Shown here piece by piece: positions 9,734 to 17,666 of a DNA stretch of 64,000 nucleotides; position 1 is the stretch's first letter; the number at the start of each line of letters is the position of its first letter. This DNA is from an uncultured Candidatus Saccharibacteria bacterium. GTDB taxonomy: Bacteria; Patescibacteriota; Minisyncoccia; Phycocordibacterales; UBA2100. Made by a program: the position numbers and the translations under genes. The notes under the pieces are model-generated. The model was not told where the DNA came from. It saw only the letters and a program-made list of their open reading frames with translations, and made no database searches. Location of the stretch: NCBI GenBank assembly GCA_964362175.1, contig CAYIDD010000002.1, positions 45,939 to 109,938 on the forward strand, written 5' to 3'.

Positions 9734-11991
9734 TGCATATCGTTGTTCCTATAAAAAACCTTCACGAACACATCGCTACGTTAGCACGGACCACGCCAAA
9801 AAAGATCGCGCTTGTCGCGACGGACGAACGGGGGACTACCACCGAGAAGATCACGTATGCCGACTTGCTCGAAAAGGTAGAAGCGGCGGCGGCGGAGTTG
9901 AGAGATCTCGGTTTGCAAAAGGGGGATCGTATCGCGCTCGCATTCCGTAATTCGCCCGCACTTCTTATATGGAGCTGGGCCGCATGGGCGATGGGCATAG
10001 TGACGGTGCCCATGGACACAAAGCGGGACACTCCGGAACTCTACGCGTATAAGATCAATCTCAATAAAGCGAAGGTGTTGATCCTTGAGCGGGGGATACA
10101 GGTAGATAAACTACCTGGCGTTCGTGTCAAAGTACATCTGGAATTCCCTTCCGAAGGAGGGTCCGCCTCTGGCGGAAAAGGTGCACCGGTTGCATGGGAG
10201 AAGGGGCTCTCGCATCAATCGCTCGTTCTCTTTACCTCCGGCACGACCGGCCATCCGAAGGGGGCGATGCTCTCCCTCGAGAATCTCATCGTCAATGCGA
10301 GCGGTATCTGTGAATGGTTACGGTTCACCGAGAATGATGTATTTCTCGTAAATCTGCCCCTGCACCACATCAACTCCACCACGTTCTGCCTCTCGACGCT
10401 CCTTGCGGGCGGTACGATCGCCATACCGCCGCAGTATTCGAATTCGCATTTTTGGGAGCAGAGCGGCAAAACGGGCGCTACCGTTACGTCTGTGGTGCAA
10501 TCGATCGTATTTGATCAGCTGAAGCGCGAAAAGGAGTTCGCGGCCGGGAAAAAACATGTAAAACTGAATAAAATACAAATAGGCTCTGCTCCGGTACTCG
10601 CACAGTCGGTGCAGGAATTCCAGAAGAAATTTGGCATCCGTCTCTATCAAGGCTACGGACAAACGGAGACGGCGCTTCGGGTGACCGGCGTTCCAATGGA
10701 CATTTCGGAGGAGCTCCACGAAAGACTTGTGGAGGAAAATTCCATCGGGACACCTATGCAATGGGCCGATCTGCAGGTATCGGACGATGAGGGAAAGCTA
10801 CTCGACGAGGGAGAGGAGGGGGAACTCATCGTCAAAGGTCCCGCGATCATGGAAGGGTACCTCGGACGCGAACCGGCGTTCCGCAACGACTACTTCCTTA
10901 CGGGGGACATCGGCTACTACCGTGTTATCGAGGGCCGGAAATATTTTTATCTCAAAGGCCGCAAACGGGAAATCATCATCAAGGGTGGTATCAACGTCTC
11001 GCCAGTCGCTGTCGAAAATGCTCTCAAGAAAATATCAGGAGATATAGATCAGGTACACGTTGTCCCCGTGCCTGATGAACGATATGGCGAGGAGGCTGGC
11101 GCCGTCATCTCATGGAAAACCGGTATAGATGAAATGCGCGCGAAACGGTACCTCAAGAGCACACTACTCCTCGGTACGCGATACCTCAGTGCATACGAGA
11201 CGCCCAAGTACATAACATCACTTTCAATAAGCGAGCTTCCGATGACCTCCACCGGAAAAGTGCAACGCGGCGTTCTGAAAGGCACCATTCCGTATGAAAA
11301 ATTCGAGTCAATATTCGGTCTCCTCAAGACACCTAAGTACCGCTTTACTGTGTTGCACCGCTATTCACGATGGACGGAGCCCTCATATGAACTACACAAA
11401 CGTTGCTGGGGGGATATTGCCGGCACGAGGGAGGAGTATGAAAAGAATATCCCCAAACAGCTCATTATCCTTGCGGCAAGGCCGGACGACACGATCGTCG
11501 GACAGATCGCCGTCGTTCGTACGAGCCTCCCGGAAAAGGAGCTTCTTCAAAAAAAATATGATGAATTGATCCCAGAAGCATCTGATCGTGAGGGAAATGC
11601 GCTTGTATGCGTTTCCATTTGCAACGCTGAATACACGCCAAGACCCATTCCTTCGGTGAATTTAATCCCGAAACCCGATGAGGTCCGCGCATATCTTTTA
11701 GGCGGGAACGACCCCGTCATGCGATTCCACGAAAAGCCGAAAGGAGGTCTTGCCGAGGGTGCAAAGCTTGTCGACGTCATTGAGAGTGGCCGGCCCAAAG
11801 ACAAAAGCTCGCTCGGATACAACATGCTTCTCAAATATCCGGAACCGAAAAATATTGTCATCCATACGCACGCACCCGTCCCCAACCAGCTCATTGAGAT
11901 GGTGCTTCTTCTTGCGGGCGATCTCGGTATCAAAAATGTGTACGCCTACTCGCGTCCTGGCGGCTTGGCGTCGTATGTATCCACAGGTTGA
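9733..11991 (+). CDS. AMP-forming acyl-CoA synthetase/ligase fused to an extra C-terminal domain of about 220 aa with no recognised family
   Basis: Motifs TSGTTGHPKG, YGQTE, GEL..KG.....GY and C-terminal TGKVQR of adenylate-forming enzymes end near residue 530. A further ~220 residues follow. The ATG at 9733 shares its A with the tRNA CCA; the track start at 9673 is a GTG inside the tRNA. Confidence 0.8.
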   Translation: MHIVVPIKNLHEHIATLARTTPKKIALVATDERGTTTEKITYADLLEKVEAAAAELRDLGLQKGDRIALAFRNSPALLIWSWAAWAMGIVTVPMDTKRDTPELYAYKINLNKAKVLILERGIQVDKLPGVRVKVHLEFPSEGGSASGGKGAPVAWEKGLSHQSLVLFTSGTTGHPKGAMLSLENLIVNASGICEWLRFTENDVFLVNLPLHHINSTTFCLSTLLAGGTIAIPPQYSNSHFWEQSGKTGATVTSVVQSIVFDQLKREKEFAAGKKHVKLNKIQIGSAPVLAQSVQEFQKKFGIRLYQGYGQTETALRVTGVPMDISEELHERLVEENSIGTPMQWADLQVSDDEGKLLDEGEEGELIVKGPAIMEGYLGREPAFRNDYFLTGDIGYYRVIEGRKYFYLKGRKREIIIKGGINVSPVAVENALKKISGDIDQVHVVPVPDERYGEEAGAVISWKTGIDEMRAKRYLKSTLLLGTRYLSAYETPKYITSLSISELPMTSTGKVQRGVLKGTIPYEKFESIFGLLKTPKYRFTVLHRYSRWTEPSYELHKRCWGDIAGTREEYEKNIPKQLIILAARPDDTIVGQIAVVRTSLPEKELLQKKYDELIPEASDREGNALVCVSICNAEYTPRPIPSVNLIPKPDEVRAYLLGGNDPVMRFHEKPKGGLAEGAKLVDVIESGRPKDKSSLGYNMLLKYPEPKNIVIHTHAPVPNQLIEMVLLLAGDLGIKNVYAYSRPGGLASYVSTG
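10156..10181 (+). repeat. Palindromic mini-element copy 1, in-frame in acs (encodes EGGSASGGKG)
   Basis: GGAGGG-TCCGCC-tct-GGCGGA-AAAGG. It matches 24 of 26 nt of the nspC copy. Confidence 0.7.
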
Positions 11992-12070
11992 TTTCAAAGG
12001 GTCTCGTGATACTGTGGAGGTACTAACTCATTGTTCGTTCATCAGCTCAAGCTCAGGAAAGGGGGCCGAA

Positions 12071-12226
12071 ATGGCCGATACCCAACACGACTCGAAGATC
12101 CCGACTTCATCCGACCCCAAGCAGAACCCCGTTTCTGCGCCGAACATACAACCGGTCGCCAAGCCGCCGGTTGAAAAAGCGGACCAACACATGAGTCAAG
12201 AGGCGCTCAGGGGTCTCAACAGCTAG
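12071..12226 (+). CDS. Small hypothetical protein (51 aa) with a canonical SD
   Basis: ATG preceded by AGGAAAGGGGG about 6 nt upstream and followed by a strong terminator. Proline/lysine-rich and low complexity. Confidence 0.35.
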   Translation: MADTQHDSKIPTSSDPKQNPVSAPNIQPVAKPPVEKADQHMSQEALRGLNS

Positions 12227-12268
12227 GCACCAGCGCCGAGCGTATTGTTCATTGCATACCTTCCATTA

Positions 12269-12306
12269 CACCACCAAGGTCCTATGATCTTGGTGGTGCA
12301 TTTTTT
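12269..12306 (+). terminator. Rho-independent terminator
   Basis: CACCACCAAG-gtcctatgat-CTTGGTGGTG followed by TTTTTT. Confidence 0.7.
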
Positions 12307-12480
12307 GTATGTGCATTTTAGCGTCATTTTGAGCCATATAATCAAGATTTCCACGGCTTAGATCTCCTGTCATTGCTTATTTCGGCGGATGCGGTAGGAT
12401 GTTTGCGAATGTAAGTTTTCCATACAAGTACGTGGAAAGGTTGGTTTACATCATTTTAGAGGAAACACACACAAAGAATC

Positions 12481-12828
12481 ATGGCTAAGAAGCTATACGT
12501 CGGCGGGCTGCCCTACAGCACGACCGATACGGAGCTCAAAGATGCTTTCGCGCAAGCGGGGACCGTCGAATCTGCTGTCATCATCATGGATAAGATGAGC
12601 GGCCGTTCAAAGGGTTTCGGCTTCGTTGAGATGTCTTCCGATGAGGATGCACAGAAGGCGATCGATATGTGGAACGGTAAGGATTTCGGCGGACGCTCTC
12701 TCACGGTAAATGAAGCGCGTCCGATGGAAGACCGACCGCGACGCGACTTTCGTAGCGGCGGCAATGACCGCGGCGGTTACGGAGGCGGACGGGGAGGCAA
12801 TGGAGGAGGTGGCGGCAGAAGCTGGTAA
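12481..12828 (+). CDS. RRM-type glycine-rich RNA-binding protein
   Basis: RNP2 LYVGGL and RNP1 KGFGFVEM motifs, with a C-terminal RGG/GGYGGG tail. Confidence 0.9.
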   Translation: MAKKLYVGGLPYSTTDTELKDAFAQAGTVESAVIIMDKMSGRSKGFGFVEMSSDEDAQKAIDMWNGKDFGGRSLTVNEARPMEDRPRRDFRSGGNDRGGYGGGRGGNGGGGGRSW

Positions 12829-13005
12829 GCGCTTCGCGCTTTTCACGTCGCCGCTCGCGGATCGTGAAAGTTCACTTTCACGATACCACTCGCTCGACGC
12901 GATAATCTTACCTCGTTTGTTTTTGGACGGCCCCCGAAAGGGGGCCGTTCGCGTTCACCGACATATCCACACAAGATTTCGAAGAAGTCCGATATTTCAT
13001 TCATA

Positions 13006-14217
13006 ATGGTGGCATCCGGTATGCGAGCTCAATTCGTGCGTGAACCAAGTCTGGCGAACCCGCTCCGTTCTGTTCGTGCACTCGAGCTCCACCGTTTCCT
13101 CTTGCGCGCGGCGCTGGCGGGGGTGAACATATTCGCATGGATGTTCGTCTTTCAGTATTTCTACCTCGTCGAAGCGGACATCGCGCACGCACTTGCGCGC
13201 ACCGCGCTCCTGTACGCGCTCTCACAGACCATCACATGCCTCGTCACTCCGTATGCCGCGCGGCGTCTTCGCGCGGGCGCGCGCAGCGCACTGATCCTGG
13301 GAACGCTCCTCGCGGCGGTCGCGTTCTTAACACTGAGGACGATGTTTGATGGATTCTGGCTTTCCGCATTCGCCACTGATGCGGTGCTAGGCTTCGCGCT
13401 CGCGATCGGACTGTACCGCGCGTTGTATTGGGTCCCGTATTCGGTCGAAGCCGCGGCGCATTTTCAAAAAAAACCATTGCTCATCGCGGAATTCCTGATC
13501 GCGTGCGCCCCTCTCGTCGGCGGCCTCTTCATCGCGGGGATCGGTATGGGGTTTGTGTGGATCCTGTACATCGGCGCTGCAATCATCGCGCTTTCTGCAA
13601 TTCCGGCATTTTTCATCCGCAATGTCCACGAAATATTTTCGTGGGGGTATCGCGAAACATTTTTACAGCTATTTGAATTTGAGAATCGGAGGATCGTGAC
13701 GGGGGGATTTTTGGAAGGCATTTCCGGTGCGGCAACGCTCCTCTTTTGGCCGCTTGCGGTATTTTTGATCGTTGATCAGTCATTCGGCATGCTCGGTATC
13801 ATCCTCACGCTCACGTTCTGGGTAGCGATATGGATGCGGAGGTTCATTCGCAGGATGCTGCGACGTCTCCGTCTTACCGGATCGTCAGCCGCGAATATCG
13901 TTTTTGCAATTACGCCGTGGCTGTTCCGTCTCGCCGTCGCCACCCCCCTCGGCATTATTTTTGTCGACTCATTTTTCTACACAACGACGCCGCGGCGCAT
14001 GGGGATCGATCCGCTTGCTTTTGAACAGGTTGCCGATGGAGGATCATACGTCGACGAGTTCACGGCCCTAAAGGAAGTTGCTCAAGCGCTTGGCAGGATC
14101 TCACTCTGTATTTTGGGGGCAACCGCCGTGCTTCTGGTTTCGGTTCCGACCGCGCTCGCGATGGTATTTTTTATCACGGCGCTTTCCGCAGCTGCGGGGG
14201 CGTATCGGTCGCGTTAG
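13006..14217 (+). CDS. Polytopic membrane protein, possibly an MFS-type transporter
   Basis: 403 aa with about 10-12 predicted TM helices and no diagnostic motif seen. Confidence 0.5.
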   Translation: MVASGMRAQFVREPSLANPLRSVRALELHRFLLRAALAGVNIFAWMFVFQYFYLVEADIAHALARTALLYALSQTITCLVTPYAARRLRAGARSALILGTLLAAVAFLTLRTMFDGFWLSAFATDAVLGFALAIGLYRALYWVPYSVEAAAHFQKKPLLIAEFLIACAPLVGGLFIAGIGMGFVWILYIGAAIIALSAIPAFFIRNVHEIFSWGYRETFLQLFEFENRRIVTGGFLEGISGAATLLFWPLAVFLIVDQSFGMLGIILTLTFWVAIWMRRFIRRMLRRLRLTGSSAANIVFAITPWLFRLAVATPLGIIFVDSFFYTTTPRRMGIDPLAFEQVADGGSYVDEFTALKEVAQALGRISLCILGATAVLLVSVPTALAMVFFITALSAAAGAYRSR

Positions 14218-14232
14218 TTACAAAACAAAAAA

Positions 14233-14268
14233 CCGCGTAAGGGGACGTACATAACATCCCTTACGCGG
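14233..14268 (-). terminator. Rho-independent terminator for the minus-strand 131-aa gene (bidirectional context)
   Basis: CCGCGTAAGGG ... CCCTTACGCGG 11-bp stem overlapping the stop codon. On the minus strand it is followed by TTTTTTGTTTTG. Confidence 0.65.
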
Positions 14269-14656
14269 CTCCAACATTCCCACGCGGTGGCCTCGCTTGT
14301 TTCGGCAGGTCAGAAAAGAGCATGGGTTGTTTCGTCTTCTTCCACGCCTTCTCAAAACGTTCGATCAGCTTGGCGAGTTTTCTTTTCCGTTCGGCAAGTT
14401 TGCGCTTACTGCGATAGGCTCTCGTTTTAGCCGCCTTCTTCGCCCACTTTGAACGGATTGCCAGTTCGACACGCCCGGTTGCCTTTTCGATCTCAAGGGG
14501 TGTCGGAGCATCATTCGGAACGTAATACTCGATGCGCAGATATGCCCGGATAGCATCCTTCAGGCCTCGTTTGTGCTTGAATGCCTCAGCGGTCTTTGCT
14601 TCCTTCCATTGGTAACTTCGGAAGAAAGCTACTACCAGCTCGTCATCTGGCTGCAT
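14261..14656 (-). CDS. Hypothetical basic protein (131 aa), second gene of an SD-bearing two-gene module
   Basis: ATG preceded by GGAGG at 7 nt. K/R-rich C-terminal helix (KTRAYRSKRKLAERKRKLAKLIERFEKAWKK). Followed by a terminator. Confidence 0.5.
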   Translation of the reverse strand: MQPDDELVVAFFRSYQWKEAKTAEAFKHKRGLKDAIRAYLRIEYYVPNDAPTPLEIEKATGRVELAIRSKWAKKAAKTRAYRSKRKLAERKRKLAKLIERFEKAWKKTKQPMLFSDLPKQARPPRGNVGAA

Positions 14657-14861
14657 GGCGCGGCCTCCGTGGCTCTGCGTTGTACCCGCGCATCTTCGTG
14701 CGGATTTGCCGCATGATGCGCTTGAGGTCGGGGCGATATGTCACGCCAGTACCACGAGCCACTTCGGCCGTGACATTGAAGAAACGCAATCGAGAACGGT
14801 CACTCGACGCAAACCACTTCTCCGCCGCCCTAGCGGTCAAAAGCTCAATGTTTGCTTTCAT
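14643..14861 (-). CDS. Hypothetical small protein (72 aa), first gene of the module
   Basis: ATG preceded by AGGGAG at 6 nt and a sigma70-like promoter TTGTGT-N17-TAGAAT (plus-strand coordinates about 14894-14922). Overlaps the next ORF by 14 nt. Confidence 0.45.
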   Translation of the reverse strand: MKANIELLTARAAEKWFASSDRSRLRFFNVTAEVARGTGVTYRPDLKRIMRQIRTKMRGYNAEPRRPRHAAR

Positions 14862-14933
14862 GTTCGGCTCCCTGTGCCGACTGCAGGAACGCGATTCTAC
14901 TGCATGGGACTATCCCACACAACGACTAACATT

Positions 14934-15389
14934 TCAAGATTTTAAAATATTTTGCACGACCTCCTTCACATCACTTCCATCCGCACCACCCGCAAACTCT
15001 TTCATCACGACACCCATGAGTTTGCCTGCGCCCGAAGCATCGGTGACGCCGAGCTCTGCCATTTTGGCACGCGCGACTTTTTCTATTTCGTCGTGTCCCG
15101 CCGTCCGCGGTAAATACTCCTCGATAACTTTCAGTTCGTTCGACTCTTTCTCCGCGAGTTCGGGTCTTCCACCTGCGGCAAATTGTTCGGCCGAATCTTT
15201 CCGCTGTTTTGCAAGCCGTTTCAATACCACCACCGCCTCGGCATCGGACATTTCTTCGGTCGGTTTCCTACCCTTGGCAACGAGTTCGTTGGTAAACGCT
15301 GAAAGCGCCCCGCGCAGAGTATCGCGCTTGAGGCCATCTTTTGCCTTCATCGCGGCAGTCATGTCGGCGCGGATTTTTTGGGTCAGCAT
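14934..15389 (-). CDS. yqeY: GatB/YqeY-domain protein
   Basis: The C-terminal 151 aa of the long minus-strand track ORF matches the YqeY domain (MLTQKIRADMTAAMKAKD...GKLMGVVMKEFAGGADG). ATG at 15389. The upstream part of the track ORF is non-coding. Confidence 0.75.
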   Translation of the reverse strand: MLTQKIRADMTAAMKAKDGLKRDTLRGALSAFTNELVAKGRKPTEEMSDAEAVVVLKRLAKQRKDSAEQFAAGGRPELAEKESNELKVIEEYLPRTAGHDEIEKVARAKMAELGVTDASGAGKLMGVVMKEFAGGADGSDVKEVVQNILKS

Positions 15390-15446
15390 GGCGGGATTAT
15401 AACCCAGTAGGCGATCGTACTCAATCGCATGTGCTAGAATCGCGAC

Positions 15447-16523
15447 ATGGAATCGCTCGTTGTTGGCCTCCTTGTGTTGATCGTGGCCCTTCTTGCATAT
15501 CTGCTTTGGTTCCGCAGAACGCCGCAGGAGACGCAAGGCATGGTCTTGCTTCAGCAGCGCATACAGGAGTTGGAGCGAAGTTTGGAAAGCAAACTTGGGG
15601 AGGGCACTAACCGCATGTTCGAATCCATGCGCGCACAATTTGGCGAGTCGCAGCGACTTGCGGGCGATATCAGGGATCTGGTCGCCAAACAGCTCACCGA
15701 GGTGCGTATCGAACAAACCAAAACAAATGAGTCGACGACGCGCTTCATGTCTATCGCCGAACAGCTCGCGAATTTGGAGAAAGTGCTCAAGCATCAAAAA
15801 CAGAGAGGAAATCTCGGCGAAGCATCGCTCGAGCTCATTCTCGGCAATATTTTGCCCCCCGGTTCGTACAAGATGCAATACGAATTTCCGGGAGGGGAGA
15901 CGGTAGACGCCGTTATTGAAACAAAAGAAGGTGTCATTCCGATAGATGCGAAATTCTCGCTCGATAATTATCAGCGACTGGTAAACGCGATAGATGATAC
16001 ACAACGCGCGGAGTTGGAAAAACAATTCAAGAATGACCTCAAGCTTCGCATAGACGAGACCTCAAAATACGTGCGGCCCAAGGACGGCACCTTGCCCTTT
16101 GCCTTCATGTACATCCCAGCCGAGGCTATTTATTACGATCTCCTCATCAATGAGGTGGGTTCGGTCAAGGTGAATACGCGCAATCTCATCGATTACGCGT
16201 ACAACGAAAAGAAGGTCATCATCGTCTCGCCCACGACCTTCGCAGCCTATCTGCAGTCCGTTCTTTACGGCTTTAAGGCGTTCAAGATCGAGGAGACGGC
16301 CAAGGATATAGCGAAAAACGTGGAAGCACTCGGTCGGCACCTGAATGCATATCAGGATTACTACAAAAAACTCGGTGCGTCTCTATCCACAACAGTGAAC
16401 CATTTCAACGCCGGCTCGAAGGAACTCGGCAAGATTGACAAAGATGTTCTCCGTATAACAGGGGAGTCGGCCGAGCTCGAAACACCACTTTTAGAGAAGC
16501 CAACCCTTGCAGGGGAAGGGTAA
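15447..16523 (+). CDS. rmuC: DNA recombination protein RmuC
   Basis: 358 aa with an N-terminal TM segment, coiled-coil and a conserved RmuC C-terminal region (FAFMYIPAEAIYYDLL). Confidence 0.8.
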   Translation: MESLVVGLLVLIVALLAYLLWFRRTPQETQGMVLLQQRIQELERSLESKLGEGTNRMFESMRAQFGESQRLAGDIRDLVAKQLTEVRIEQTKTNESTTRFMSIAEQLANLEKVLKHQKQRGNLGEASLELILGNILPPGSYKMQYEFPGGETVDAVIETKEGVIPIDAKFSLDNYQRLVNAIDDTQRAELEKQFKNDLKLRIDETSKYVRPKDGTLPFAFMYIPAEAIYYDLLINEVGSVKVNTRNLIDYAYNEKKVIIVSPTTFAAYLQSVLYGFKAFKIEETAKDIAKNVEALGRHLNAYQDYYKKLGASLSTTVNHFNAGSKELGKIDKDVLRITGESAELETPLLEKPTLAGEG

Positions 16524-16544
16524 GCGGGTTATAGTGTCCCCTTC

Positions 16545-16868
16545 ATGGCTAAGATAGCTATCATCGAGACAGGTGGGAAACAGTATGTTGTCACGCAGGA
16601 CAGCGTTTTAGATGTTGAGAGGATAACCGGCGTAAGCGGCGCCGGTTCCAAGATTTCTTTTGATAAGGTGCTTCTTACGGATGACGGGGAGGAGACCAAG
16701 GTCGGCGCGCCGTACATCAAGGGCGCCAAAGTCTCAGCCGAGCTTGTGGAGGAGGGGCGGGATGCAAAGGTGACGGTCATTAAATACAAGCAGAAAAGTC
16801 GCTATTTCAAAAAGGCGGGACACCGCCAGCCGTACGCAAAGGTACGCATTACGGCACTGCCGCAGTAA
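16545..16868 (+). CDS. rplU: 50S ribosomal protein L21
   Basis: N-terminus MAKIAIIETGGKQYVV, 107 aa. Confidence 0.9.
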   Translation: MAKIAIIETGGKQYVVTQDSVLDVERITGVSGAGSKISFDKVLLTDDGEETKVGAPYIKGAKVSAELVEEGRDAKVTVIKYKQKSRYFKKAGHRQPYAKVRITALPQ

Positions 16869-16937
16869 TCCCCAATAAAAGATGCCGGCGCTTGGTAGTT
16901 ACGGGTTATTTGAGATAAGCTCTAATGGCTGTACCTC

Positions 16938-17651
16938 ATGCCCATCTCACCCCTGCTTTTTGTCCTGACCTCATCGATTGTCGTCGCGGGCTTCGCGGGT
17001 CTGGTCGTTTTTCTCACGTCATTCCGAAAGGGAAGTATTTTCGCCAATCCGTTCTCACGTGACTGGGGCTTGGGCCTTCTCCTTTCATCTCTGATCAGAA
17101 TACCGACCGCCTCGGCGGTCGCAGGTATGCCGTTGAGTTCGACCATTGATGGCATGGCTCCGTATTATGCCGTGGGATCGGTCGCTTTGATCGGAGCACA
17201 CGCGCTGTTTTTTCGCGGGACCGTGCGATTTTTTACAGACAGCAGGTTTTGGATCAATTATTTCCCCCTTCTTTCCTTCCTATGTGTCAATGCGGTCGTT
17301 TTCTACTCTCTACAAGTTCTTCATCTGGGGCCCGGTTGGATAATTGTGGAAGTGGCAACGGTGGTCTCGCTGAATATCCTGTTCCTCGTTGGCGCCAACT
17401 ACAAACTCATTTGCGGGGAATGTTCCCACAGAGAGCGGGTCGGTTCCTGGCTCTTCGTCATCGGCTGGGTCATGTTTCTCCTTGCGCACACGTATATGAC
17501 ATTCATGCTCCACCGATATCCGACCGATTTTTGGTTCTTTGCTATAACATCCTTCCCGACAATTTTCATTTATAGCGGCTATACGATCTCGTACCTCTTA
17601 CTGCTGTCGGGTTTTATTCTCAACTGTACCTATAAGCGAAAAAGCACGTGA
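16938..17651 (+). CDS. Hypothetical polytopic membrane protein
   Basis: 237 aa, about 7 TM helices and no family recognised. Confidence 0.5.
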   Translation: MPISPLLFVLTSSIVVAGFAGLVVFLTSFRKGSIFANPFSRDWGLGLLLSSLIRIPTASAVAGMPLSSTIDGMAPYYAVGSVALIGAHALFFRGTVRFFTDSRFWINYFPLLSFLCVNAVVFYSLQVLHLGPGWIIVEVATVVSLNILFLVGANYKLICGECSHRERVGSWLFVIGWVMFLLAHTYMTFMLHRYPTDFWFFAITSFPTIFIYSGYTISYLLLLSGFILNCTYKRKST

Positions 17652-17666
17652 GGAACGTGTCATAAC

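Noticed and set aside
12781-12828. G-rich tail of the RRM protein (GGYGGGRGGNGGGGG) as another mini-element copy
   Set aside because: It lacks the pyrimidine-rich arms (TCCGCC/TCCTCC). It is an ordinary RGG/Gly-rich tail typical of this protein family.
14581-15402. 273-aa Ser-rich plus-strand ORF
   Set aside because: Low-complexity antisense shadow of yqeY and of the SD-bearing module. No domain.
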